Below, in pieces: positions 26,561 to 39,165 of a stretch of 64,000 nucleotides of DNA (position 1 is the first letter of the stretch; each line of letters starts with the position of its first letter). The translations under genes were made by a program, and so were the position numbers. Under the pieces are notes generated by a model. It ran no database searches and was not told where the DNA came from. It was given only the letters and a program-made list of their open reading frames with translations. The DNA is from Trichoplax adhaerens (lineage: Eukaryota; Animalia; Placozoa): positions 310,001-374,000 of the forward strand of contig NW_002060961.1 in assembly GCF_000150275.1 (NCBI RefSeq), read 5' to 3'.

Positions 26561-27273
26561 AGGGCTGGAAAACAAATGTCTAGCTATTAAATTAAGTGAT
26601 TCATTAAAACTGGATTGTAACCCTGCAGCGATGTGACATGCAACTTTGAAGCTCGGAGAAGAGTTTATTTAATAATAATACCATTTCATTTGATTGTGCT
26701 AGACGACATGCTGATTTGCTATGGAAATGTTATTATCGTTTGAAAATAGCAACAATCGGCTGGCAATAGAAAACAAAAATACAACAGTCAGCGAGTTACA
26801 GGCTTGACTGTTACAAGCCATATTCATTTTCCACTTGTATGGGAGCATTGAATCGATTGAGTTTTTTCAACTTTTCCCTCTTGATGATTGATGACGATCA
26901 TCATTTTTTATGATTGATATTCTTCTTCTTTTACTCCTTGTCCTGTTTGGTCTTGCTAAATGACGCAGACTATTCTTGTCGACGTCTACTCGGCTCCATG
27001 ATTGGATTCATCATTTTCAATATCTTGTATGGACGACGCAAGATGATCAACTGAATCCATGTCATTGCTCACTATCGTTCATTTGACAATAGTGGATTGC
27101 TGTATTTGGGGAGGCCATTTGATTGCAATAGTACAAGGTGATTTGAATTTGGGGGAGGAAAAAAAAAATGCATCAGTCGACGATAGCTCGTGAAAGAGTA
27201 CTTGACCACCTTACCACTTGCTTCTCTGTTGGTAGTACGCTACTGTAACACAGGAGTGCAATCCGACTTGTCC

Positions 27274-27704
27274 GTCCGTAGTCGATCGAGTCAGCCACCA
27301 GACACAACCCTTGTTGCGCGTCAGTACACGGTTGTACGTCGTCTCGTTTCACCACAAATCGCTTGACCTACTAGTAGTACGACACGCTTTGCGTGGGACA
27401 TGGTGGAACGTACTCACCAGGGACGAACGTCCGTAGTCGATCGAGTCAGCCACCAGACACGACCCTAGTTGCACGTCGTCTCGTTTCATCACAAATCGCT
27501 TGTCCTACTAGTAGCACGACGCGCTTTGCGTGACGCATGTTGGAACGTACTCACCAAGGACGAACGTCCGTAGTCGATTGAGTCAGTCACCACACGCAAC
27601 CCTAGTTGTACGTCGTCTCGTTTCACCACAAATTGCTTGTCCTACTAGTAGCACGACGCGCTTTGCGTGACGCATGTTGGAACGTACTCACCAGGGACGA
27701 ACGT
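27274..27704. repeat. GC/CpG-rich tandem repeat, ~136-155 bp x3
   Basis: Unit gtccgtagtcgatcgagtcagccacc...gaacgtactcaccagggacgaac starts near 27274, 27429 and 27565. Confidence 0.92.
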
Positions 27705-28299
27705 CTTCGCTGTAGCACTGATGGAGAACAGGATGCCAGCCATGGTTGAGTAAAACGTGAACTCTAGCTGGAGGATACAATCAATTGGCATACCACAGCC
27801 GTACGTACATTACTATCGGTACTGTGCAAATCAACCCTGTGCTCGGTCTGTGTACACGACGATACCGACGAGACGACCCCCCAAAAAATGATTGATCAAA
27901 ACAATACAACAACAGCAAATGTATCCATTTCTTGACAACCATTGCTCAATAATAACAACAACAATAACCCCCCAATGACTGGACACAACTCGTCAAGTAT
28001 TGTATGCGATATCGTCCACTAGACTACTTGCACCACTGTATCGGTGGTAGACGCATACGGACGGACGATACGATCAACCAACGGTCCGGTCCGGACGGAG
28101 AGGAAGGAAATGATGCAACGGGTACACAGTCAACAGTACTCGGGGACATGGCTTGAACCAAGCAGAGTTTGACCAATGGTCGACTGAAATCTGGATCGTG
28201 TGCTTGGCATTCACTCGGTCGATGAGGAGAATAACGTATCACCATGGTAACCATGCAATCCGATCAATGAATTCTCTTTCCTCAATCAGCATGTTCATA

Positions 28300-29090
28300 G
28301 ACGATTGATGGATGACACGCTACAAAAGTATCCAGCAATTCATGACATATCCTTAAGCTTCATCAACATTGAAATCATTCTAAAGGAATATCACGCAAAA
28401 GACGATTGATACACGCTGGAAAAGACTACAGTACAGTAGGATATCCACCAATCCTATTCATGACATATCCTTAACCTTAATCAACATTGAAATCATGCAA
28501 AAGACGATTGATTAAAGGCTAGAAATGAGTACGGTAGGATATCCAGCAATTCCATTCATGACATATCCTTAACCTTAATCAACATTGAAATCATTCCAAA
28601 ATAATATCATGCAAAAGATGATTGATGAAAGGCTAGAAATGACTACAGTAGGATATCCAGCAATGCTATTCTTGATCAACATGAAAATAATTCAAAAAAC
28701 GAGATCATCACAAAGGACGATTGATGACACGCTAGGAAAGAGTAAGATACCCAGCAATCCTATTCATCATCTTTCCTTTATCAACACTGAAATAATTCAG
28801 AAATAATATCATGCAAAAGATGCTTGATGGATGAAACGCTAGGAAAGAGTAAGATACCCAGCAATCCTATCCATCATCTTTTCTTAATCAACATTGAAAT
28901 AATTCAAAAATAATATCATGCAAAAGATGCTTGATTGATTGATCGATGAAACGCTAGGAAAGAGTAAGATACTCAGCAATCCTATTTATCATCTTTTCTT
29001 AATCAACATTGAAATAATTCAAAAATAATATCATGCAGAAGATGCTTGATTGATGGATGGAATGCCAGGAAAGAGTAACATACTCAGTAC
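28300..29090. repeat. AT-rich tandem repeat, ~105-120 bp x~7
   Basis: Recurring cagcaatcctat.catc...ttaatcaacattgaaataattcaaaaataatatcatgcaaaagatg. Confidence 0.9.
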
Positions 29091-30241
29091 ATTGCTGATT
29101 GATTTAGCTTAAGGATGATTTTATCCATTTATAAAAGAAGACAATCTGTCAATGATTGTACAATAGTCATACCCTGGATGATTGATCTGACACATCGTTA
29201 TGATACAGTACGATACTCTCTGTAGTTCAACAGTCTTGAAAGTGACGACAAATGATCGAGTTCAAGAGTGGTGGGAGAAAAAAAAAAAATATCCAAGAGT
29301 AACGATTAATTGCTTAATTAACGCCATCTAATTCTTTTGCTTTTAGGTAGAAGGATTTCATGATTGAACCGTCAATCTACCGCAATATCTCATATTGAAA
29401 ATCTTATTCTAATAAAAAGGCCCAACAAAATTCAAACACAAAGTTTTTGGTTGGACTTTTTCAATTTCATCCAATTCATTCTGTACCTGATAATGTGCTG
29501 TTGTCATGCAACCGCTTTACGTTGACTAAATTGGTAGAAGGAAAAAGGCAGCAAAATTACAACGATGAAACTTTAAAGTAATAGCCTAGAAAATACAACG
29601 TCGTCATTTTTACTAGTATTGTATCAACTTTTCATTTTATAGAATATAGAATGACGCCCATCATAGCGTTAGAAGTAATGGAAGTAGACCATTGCATTGT
29701 GTACTGTAGAGTAGCGTATACTGTACTGCATATAGAATTATTGCTTATGTTAATATTCGTAATGTAGATAAAGTTAGATTAAAACGACACGTACAATGTC
29801 CAATGATATCATTCATACAACCTATATTTCATCTTGATAAATTGAAAGTACTCCATTTGCTCTAATTTGATCAAGATAGGAAACGTAGTCAATAAACTTC
29901 ACGCAAATTGGTTACAAGCTATAAGCAAGAAATATTAAAGAGGAAGAAGAGATAAACATAATCGAGCTTTGACAATTGATTGACAATCTATTAGGTATCT
30001 TTGAAAATTAATTTTTATCATGTAAAAGAAATTTTGAATAATGTCGGTCACCATCATTCATACATAAATGATGCAACTTAATGAAATATGGTAACCAACT
30101 GCTACTAAATGTAATTATGAAAGCATACGGTACTAAGGTGTATATAGCTTCGTTACATTGAAATCGTTCTCACTATTGATGCTATTGCATTAACATTATA
30201 CTCAATATAACAAATTGTTGTAGGATCACCACCGTTGAAGT

Positions 30242-33200
30242 ATGCCGATTCCAATAGAACAAAGAGATTCGATAAGAAGTGAAGAATCAACAGATAACAC
30301 CTTACAGCCCATTTCCATGCAGAACTTAAGCAGTAACAATGAAAGAGAGCAAGATAACATCAATAATTTAGAAGGTCAAGAATCGATTCCAACACCGACT
30401 CGGAATTGTTGTGGCATGCCTAAATTGTTCGATAGAGCAACAGGAAATATCTTTATGCCCCAATTTGATTCGGAAATATTAGAGAAATCATATCGCCATG
30501 CAACATTTATGCAAGCTAAACGTCATGTTCAATACGCCTTGTGTTATATTCTATTAGCTTGCGCTGTTTGGATTGCTTATTTTGCAATTGGACAAGATAC
30601 CGATTGGATTGGCTTTTTAATTACAGCCTCATCGTGTTTTGCTGTATCACTAGGTTTGTTAATGATGACCTGCTACATCAATCGACCAAAGCACCTTAAA
30701 TGGATTTCTTGGATATTAGTTGTCATCTTATGTGGTTGTTCAATTGCTGCTAATGCTGCTGGTGGTTCTGACGATGCAATACGTAGTATGTCACCAATAG
30801 CTCGATTTACTGTCACCGCAGAAGTATTACTCATTATTTACACTGCTTTACCGATAACCCCACTCATTTGCTTAGTAATTGGCGTTATCTTCTCTATTGT
30901 ACAATTAGTCGTCAATGTCTTGTTACCACCGGGAAATTATAATGCCTCTATCATTATCAGTTGGGTTTTCCTACATTTATGCGTGCATATTTTAGGCTTT
31001 CATATATCTATAGTGACAGAAGTTAGGGCTCATAGTACATTTTGGCGCGTATGCCAATCCATTATTGCTAAGCAAAGATTGGAAAATGAGCGAAAGTTAA
31101 AGGAAAATATGATCTTATCTGTAATGCCAAAATTATTTGCTGATAAATTTATTAAAACCGAAGATGAAAACAGTCAGATATTATTTAAGAAAAGTAGCGC
31201 ATTTCGTGAGTTACATATGATGAGAATGGACAATGTTAGTATCCTTTATGCAGATATCGTAGGTTTTACTCGTATGTCATCGAATAAGAGAGCCGATGAA
31301 TTAGTATCACTGTTAAATAATCTATTTTCCAGATTTGATGCATTAACCCAAAAACATAATTGTGAAAAAATTGCTATTTTAGGCGATTGTTATTATTGTG
31401 TTTCGGGTTGCCCAGAAACTGTTTCAAGTCATGCTGATGATACAGTAGATATGGGCTTAGATATGATTGTTGCTATCCAAAAATTTGATGAAGATACTGG
31501 TAACGATGTCAACATGAGAGTAGGTGTCCACACTGGAACTGTTTTATGTGGTGTTTTAGGTGTTAAACGTGTTAAATTTGATGTATGGTCCAATGATGTA
31601 TCATTGGCCAATACAATGGAAGCTGGAGGTGAGCCTGGCTTCGTTCACGCTACTCAAGAAACTTACGATAATTTAAGCCCTGGTAAATATCGTATTAGAG
31701 TGGATGAAAATCCAGGACGACGTCGTGAAGGCCTGGCTGGCATGACCACTTACTTAATTAGTGGCAAAATTGATAATCAAAATGACCCATTATCATCATT
31801 AGATAAAAATAGTAATAATAATACTAACAAAACAACAACAACAACAACAACAATAATAATAATACGACGACTAACGGCACTAGCACTGATCATTCAACGA
31901 CTAATCACGACGGTAACAAAACTGATGACGTTCAACGTAACGACAATGCTAACAACATTTTTAACGGTACTAATGTTGATAATACAGTTAATAAGGCTAG
32001 CAATCAAGATAATCAGAACGGACAAAATGATGCTGACTTTAAACGTCAACATCAAGATAAGAACACAGACGCTATATCAACAGGTAGGAATATCAATAGC
32101 GATAACGGTATCAATATTACTACAAATAAAAACAACCAAGAGCTTAAACCATCGGATAGATTACCTAACGCGTTACTTCATCCTGTACGTCCATCAGCAC
32201 AAAAAACTTCTAGAGCCCCTTCATCAGGCGTTAGAACATCATTCTCTAACGGTGGTAAAGCAAATTCGCCCAGTGGTATTGATAGTAGTCGGCCAAGCAT
32301 AGATATTAGTACACACCGTTCTGGGAGCACAATCGAAGAACGAGATACTAGTGATGTACGATTCAATTTACCGCGTGAATCGACGACTTACGATGCCTTA
32401 AATGTACCTGGAGTCGGTGCTGGCACAAGAAGAACGTCAAGATCGGCTTACCGTCGTTCATCACATAGTTCCATATTTAGCCGATTAATCCGAGATAGAT
32501 CCCACCGGACAGAAGATGACAAACAATTGGCTGATCTATTAAGAGAAGAGAGAGCCGACGAAACATATTTTGTCAAGACAAAACTGAACCGTTTAACTTT
32601 ATTCTTTAATACTCCTACTATTGAAACGGAGTATAGGCGAGACGGTCTTGCTGATTTAAGTCAACCATTTTCTAAAATGTCATACGGATCGTTAAGATAT
32701 TCATTCTTCTTAGATACATTAATATCAATATCTACATTTGCTATGCTATCTGGATTCTTGTTTTTAGTAACCGATGTCGATAAACTTGAAGCCTGGACTA
32801 TAATCTTCATTGTCGCAGCTGTATTAGAAATTATAATCTTTATTACAGCTGTTCTATTAGCCTTTACTAACGTATTACCTCATAAATTTCAACTAATGTG
32901 TGTATCATGGTATCCACGCCATATTATCAGTTTATTATTGGTGATCTTACCAGTCTTGATCGTTTTTACTGATTTTACCGATTGTTCTCGTATTGGAGAT
33001 GTAAATGCGTTTCAAGCTTACTGCACTGCTGCAACAATTATTATTGTTCATCATTGCAACTTTATGAGATTATGGTCTATTGCAAAGTCGGCTATTGCTT
33101 GTTTGGTAACTGTAGCTCTATTGCTTACGGTAAAATTAGATTATTGTGTACCGAATCCAAATTTGATATCAACAGCATCACCATTGACGACAACATTGCT

Positions 33201-34561
33201 ATCGACTGTCTCAGCTGGAACGATATCACCAACACAGTTTGACAAGTGGAAAAATGAGCGAATCCTAGATGTGATATTATTGGTTATTTTAGTAGTTTTC
33301 CTTAATTGGCTCTTTGAAGTGGCAGTTAGAGTCAACTTTAATAGCAGTTTGGAAGCGATGAAGCACCGGAAAAAGAATGCAGTTTTAAAAGATCAAGCGA
33401 CCGATTTATTGGCTAATATATTTCCAGATCATGTTATTCAACGTCTAAACACATCGCAATCGTATTCACAAAACATAGAAAGTGCTGGAGTTATTTTTGC
33501 TTCTCTAGTCAATTTTTACGAATTCTATTCTGAAAATTTTGCCGGTGGGCAAGAATGTATCCGTGTTCTCCACGAACTAGTTTCTGAGTTTGATGAACTA
33601 TTGGATAAAGAGGAATTTAAGAAAGTAGAAAAAATTAAGACGATTGGTAGTACTTTCATGGCGGCTGCTGGACTCAATTCCGATCAAGTCGATGAAGAAC
33701 CAGACCAGTAAGCAATACCATGTTAATGTTGAATGTCATGTTATGTTTAAATTTAATTATCAATCATGGATCTCTTGCAATTATGATCGATGTTAAAATA
33801 ATGCAATAAACTTGGTTGTTTTCAGGCACTTATTTGACTTAATGGAATTTGTAATTGCAATGCAAGAAGCTGTAACGAAATTTAATCAAGATATGCTACA
33901 ATTTGATTTTATACTTCGTGTGGGCTATAATTGTGGCCCTCTAACTGCTGGTGTCATTGGAACTTCAAAAATGATGTATGACATTTGGGGCGATACAGTA
34001 AATATTGCTAGCAGAATGGATTCCACAGGTACCCCTGGACGAGTACAGGTACGAATTAATGCGAATATGGCGTATTGACAGCTGACATAAAATCAAGTAT
34101 AAATTACGCTAGAGCATTCTAATGTGACAGGCTACACGCTAATATGCATTAAACATATGACATAAAATTATTAAATTGATAAATTATGTGATCAATTTCG
34201 TTAATTGATTACCCAACAACTGAAAATGACCTTAATTTTCGTATTATCGCTATGCAACTAACTGACCGTATTAGCATAATAGTTATCGAAAATTACTTTG
34301 TCAAATTCTGTTAATCCGATTGTTACATAAGCATACCAATAAGTATTCAAATTCCATGTTATACAAATTTACTTTCCGATATTTAATTAAAACAAATAAC
34401 CGCTACCCTCACACCATTTATAGGTCAGCGAAAGAGCCAACCGTGTGCTGCAACCAAAATTCGACTTTGAATATCGTGGTCAAATTCAAGTCAAGGGGAA
34501 AGGAAATATGAGAACATATCTTTTGAAAGGCCGTCGTACGGACTTCGATATGATAAATTAA
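30242..34561 (+). CDS. ADCY9: Transmembrane adenylate cyclase type 9 orthologue; 3 coding exons; 1-nt frameshift near 31830 in this sequence
   Basis: Exons 30242-33707, 33826-34048, 34424-34561. C1a: VSILYADIVGFT, LGDCYYC, VNMRVGVHTGTVLCG, FDVWSNDV. C2a: GVIFASLVNFYEFYSENFAGGQEC, EKIKTIG, GPLTAGVIG, YDIWGDTVNIASRMD, VKGKG. These are AC9-type. The frame of ORF 32527 is open back to 31831, so restoring one base in aac-aa-aac joins the two halves. Confidence 0.95.
31813..31863 (+). repeat. (AAT/AAC)n coding microsatellite, poly-Asn in AC9 C1b
   Basis: taataataatactaacaaaacaacaacaacaacaacaacaataataataat. Confidence 0.95.
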
Positions 34562-36678
34562 AAAATTTCAATTACATGATAGAATTTTAAGTAGGTCGTG
34601 CTATTGGCGGAGTCCTACCTATTTTTTTTTTAATTTTTATTATTACGATAGCCTTTTCTTTCGTAAAATTGCCCTTTTTAATTAATGCACACCAGATCTA
34701 ATCTATCAAAACTATTTTAATTAAATGTACAGTGAATCTTCATTATGCCAGTCAATCGTCCTTAGTAACATGCGTATATTTTGTCGTAAGTTGTTTGGTA
34801 TAATGCCGTACTTTACCATGTTAATATTTAAAAATGAAAGGTGGTATCATCATTACGATGTCTTTGAATAGAATCGGTTATGACCGTAGGTATAAGTTAA
34901 AAGATGTCTCCAATGTTTAGTTGGCATTATATAATGCATTTTTGGCCAGTATGAAAAGAAGAATAGAAAAGAAAGGATGCCGCTAGTGCTCTTCCTTAAT
35001 TAATGTAAGCTCTTCTTGCTTTCCCACTTTTGTTCATTACTACAGCTTTTTCAAATTTTTGTGTTTAACAAATGTATTGAAATACATGTATAGCTCAATT
35101 TTTTGGTGTTCTTTCGTCCTTTATGCATAAAATTGTACCTAATCTTTCTAAAATTTCGGATCGAAAAGTGACTGATTACGATTTTATTATTTCGGACGTT
35201 ATTATAGATTCGAATCTAATTTCGTCTACGGCGTTATTACTACTATTGCTATCTTTAGTCTCGTATATTGTATCAGTGCAAACTGTAGTTATACGTTGTA
35301 TAACTTCCTAACAGTATCTACTGTAACTTGGCGATAGTCATCATGGTCATTTTGATATATGTTGGTAGGCTATAATGTTGTTGCTAAAGCTTAGCGGTTA
35401 CAACTTTGCTGCTGTAGTATTGTATCTTAATTACTAAAAACCCTTAGCATATTACTTGTGGGCATAACATGAAATCGAAGGATTCATACGCATACATAGT
35501 TTCATGTCTGTTATTTGTTGTTGTATCCATCGATTTTATAACTGCAGTTTGAAAAGCTGTAATACATCTTTTATGGTTTTAAATCTACTTGTTTCAACTA
35601 GGTATTATATGAGTGTATGTAGTACGCCTTAAATTTTCATATCTTGACTTGTTAAATGTCAATAAAAGCTTGTTTAACCCCAATACATTGAGGTCAGCGT
35701 ATCCTATGTCAAGGTTGATATTCTTATTATTACAATTACTGTACTGTACCTTGTAAATCACCGAAATTTGGATATATTGTACAGTATAGTTACAGCTCTT
35801 TGCTATTATTCTAGGTGTATACGATTCTTTATTTTGGAATTGCTATAGTTGTAATTATTAATAATCTATTAGAAGATATATGCTGTAGTACTGTACTACG
35901 AATACCTCTAATAATAAAAAAGATATCACAAATCTTGATTCTCCCGGCACCTATACATACTGGTAAATCAGCATAATTCACAATACTGTTAGCATTAGTT
36001 ACGAGCTAAGAATATTTAAGCTATTTATCACGGCTTTCCAACCACGATAATGCTTGTCCTGCTTATCGGTATCGATAATATTTTGTTCAGATTATAAATA
36101 TTTTAATTCTAAAGTTGTCATCCCTAACTCTACCGTGGTCACTATTAATTTAGTAAACAGAAAATATTAACATTCCGATAGAATAAGATCTAGCATCCAA
36201 GTGAGGGAGGGGGCCAAAAGCCTTTTTTCATATACGCTAATTTTATTGTCATGACATGCTAATATTCCCTCATACAATTAATTACAAGTATTGGACGTTA
36301 GTAATAAAGGTGCATTGTTACGGTAGATGCTGTCAACTAGTTCTTCGAGAGACATTCAAAATTATCAATTATCTAACATTTAATGACCGGAAATCAGCTA
36401 TATTCCATTAGATACCCTATTTTTATACAAGTTACCCGAAAAATTAGTTGTTGCTACTATCAAATTAGTTAAAGCACATGTATTGATTTTCAACAAATTG
36501 AGCAGTACATCTATCCAGTCAAGCATAATGAAACAGATATAGCCATCGTACGTTATTATATATTACATGCTCGCATACAGTAATAGTTATAATAAATGAT
36601 ATGCAGGTGCAAACTATAAATGATAATATAAAAAATCATGTAACCCGTATTACTTTAAATTATGTTACATTCCAATAT

Positions 36679-39165
36679 TTATAGTTTCCCTGTTTGTAGT
36701 AGGCGTAGAGCTTTCTGTAAGTTTTCTATTGCAGTTGGGGTGTCTTCATATTGTAGAGCACTGATAGCATAGCGACAAAATTTCTGTGCTTTATCGCTGT
36801 CTTGCGGTGACAAAGTAACGCCAGTATTTGAACTAGTCGGGGCAACATTGACATTGCCAGTCGCTGCTGCGGTGTTGTCATAACTTGAAGGCGTTGGCAT
36901 AGTATAATTCTGTGTACTAGGTTGTTGGGGTGGAAAATTTGCTTCATTAAAGCTAGGATTGGAAGGTGACGGCATATCATACTCAGTATTAAATCCAGGG
37001 GCAGGAGGATTTGATGGCATGTTTGTATTGTTGCTAGTAAAGCTATCAGAAGGAGGGGGTACTTGATTGAAATCTCCAAATTCACTAAATGGGTCATCAT
37101 CTCCACCTACTGGACCAGGTATAGGTGCCTCACCACTTTTTAGACATTTAGCAATATAAGCTGCTTTCCATTTAGCGTATTTTTTGTTTCTTTGCACCTA
37201 TTTAAAAGTGATCAATCAAAATCCATTCATGAGTGGATTGATGGCAAGAAACTAGATCATTTGTGAGGCAGTATTTAATTTAATGTAGCTATATTCAACT
37301 TATTTTATAAATTCATGAATAAGCTGACAATAAAGTATCAGGGTATTTATGAGGGAATGTTCAACTGTAAATTCATGAGTGAGTTGATGACGAAGCGTCA
37401 CGGCATTTGCGAGACACTGGCCAACTTATTTTATCAATTTATGAGTGAGTTGATAACGAGACATTAGTGGATTTAAGAGGCAATGTTTAGAGGTTATTTT
37501 GTAAATTCATGAGTGAGTTGATGACGAAGTGTCAGGGCATATGCGAGGCACTGGTCAATTTATTTTTATCAATTCATGAGTGAGTTGATGACAAGGCATT
37601 AGTGGATTTATGAGGCAATATTTAGGTTATTTTATAAAATTTATGAATGACTTCATGACGAGGTATTTGGAGGATTTATGAGGCAATATTTAGGTCATTT
37701 TATAAAATTTATGAATAGCTTCATGACGAGGTATTTAGAGGATTTATGAGGCAATATTTAGGTTATTTTATAAAATTTATGAATGTCTTCATGACGAGGT
37801 ATTTAGAGGATTTATGAGGCAATATTTAGGTTATTTTATAAAATTTATGAATGTCTTCATGACGAGGTATTTAGAGGATTTATGAGGCAATATTTAGGTT
37901 ATTTTATAAAATTTATGAATGTCTTCATGACGAGGTACTTAGAACATTTATGAGGCAATATTTAACATATTTTATAAATTTACGAGCGGGTTGATAATAA
38001 GGTATTAGTGTATTATTTCGAGGCAATGTTTAACTTGTTTTATAAATTCACGAGTGAGTTGATAAGAAGGTATTAGGGCATTACGAGGCAGTATTTTAAC
38101 TTAGTTGATCAATTCATATGTGAGTTGATGACAAGAACATTAAAGTGTTTATGAAGCAATATTCAATTTAACTTATTCTATAAGTTGATGAGTGAGCGAT
38201 AACAAGACATTAGGGCGTATGTAAAGCCATGCTGAATGTAACTTATACTATCAATGGATGGGTGAGATGATGATGGCAAGGCATCAAGGCATTAATGGTG
38301 CAATATTCAATTTATGGTCACTATTCATCGTCCAATTGAAGGAATTTTATTTCTTGTTGACGATGATGAATCGCAGTGGAAAAAATTTTCCACACTTTTC
38401 AAGGTGTATTTTTTCATGTGGTTATATAAATGGATGAGGATGTTGACAAGGATGGATACCTTTTACCTTTTACTGTACGACATCGAATTTGAAATTTATT
38501 CAGTCATGAAGCTATCTTACCTCATCGGTCAATTCACCAAATAATGTCAACATTTCAAAGATGAGCGAAGCTGTATAAAAGGCTTTGATTACATTCCTAT
38601 TATAAGATGATATTCTCTGTTATAGCGATATTGGATCGATCGAAGCGTATTATTATTATTATTGCTTTCGTTTACGCATTACTTATTAAATCGAGACGCT
38701 CTATCTTCTGTATCGGCATGTAGAAATAGTTTCATAGCAATATTTTCAACATGAGCCTGGCCAGCCACTTCGTTGGTTATTGCTTCGTTACCGCTTGATT
38801 TAATCTAAAAGAAGAGATCAACATGAGTAGTACTCGACTTGATTGTATCCGTTGTTCATTATCCATGACACTAGATTATTTCTTACTCCTTCCATTCCAT
38901 CCATCAAGGTCATTAAGAATTTTTTCACTTCGATGTTTTTAGTGCTTTGTTTCAAGCCATTTTGAACGACATATAATTGGGCTATGTGGGAAAAGCGAAG
39001 ACATCATGATGCTATCATGGATAACTCTATTCATATTATCTTATCCTATAAGTATTCTTGTAGCTTACCATAGTAGCAGATGACAGGATCTCTTTTGGAA
39101 AATTCCAAGCTAATCTTGTAAAGAGGTAAGAGAGTTTTCAATTCGGCTGGGCACTGCGATGCCAT
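36679..39165 (-). CDS. VTA1: Vacuolar protein sorting-associated protein VTA1 (LIP5), 5 exons, ~302 aa
   Basis: Exons 39165-39069, 38981-38887, 38804-38683, 38596-38521, 37197-36679 total 909 nt. KRDPVICYY, NEAITNEVAGQAHVENIAMKLF, KAFYTASL, KKYAKWKAAYI; C-terminal VSL domain AQKFCRYAISALQYED. Confidence 0.96.
37225..38310. repeat. Intronic minisatellite, ~60-68 bp unit, ~15 copies (VTA1 intron 4)
   Basis: Near-identical 68-bp core copies at 37600-37980 (gatttatgaggcaatatttaggttattttataaaatttatgaatgtcttcatgacgaggtatttagag), with degenerate copies on both flanks. Confidence 0.92.

Noticed and set aside
31831-32302. Overlapping 157-codon hydrophobic reading frame as a real dual-coding region or programmed -1 frameshift
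   Set aside because: The Asn/Asp/Thr-rich true frame has few NTA/NTG codons, so the +1 frame stays open passively. There is no canonical X XXY YYZ slippery site.
11040-34561. NT5E next to ADCY9 as a cAMP-to-adenosine functional cluster; VTA1 near the PSAP-bearing gene as an ESCRT cluster
   Set aside because: The genes are 16-17 kb apart with intervening sequence and nothing indicates co-regulation; chance adjacency is sufficient.
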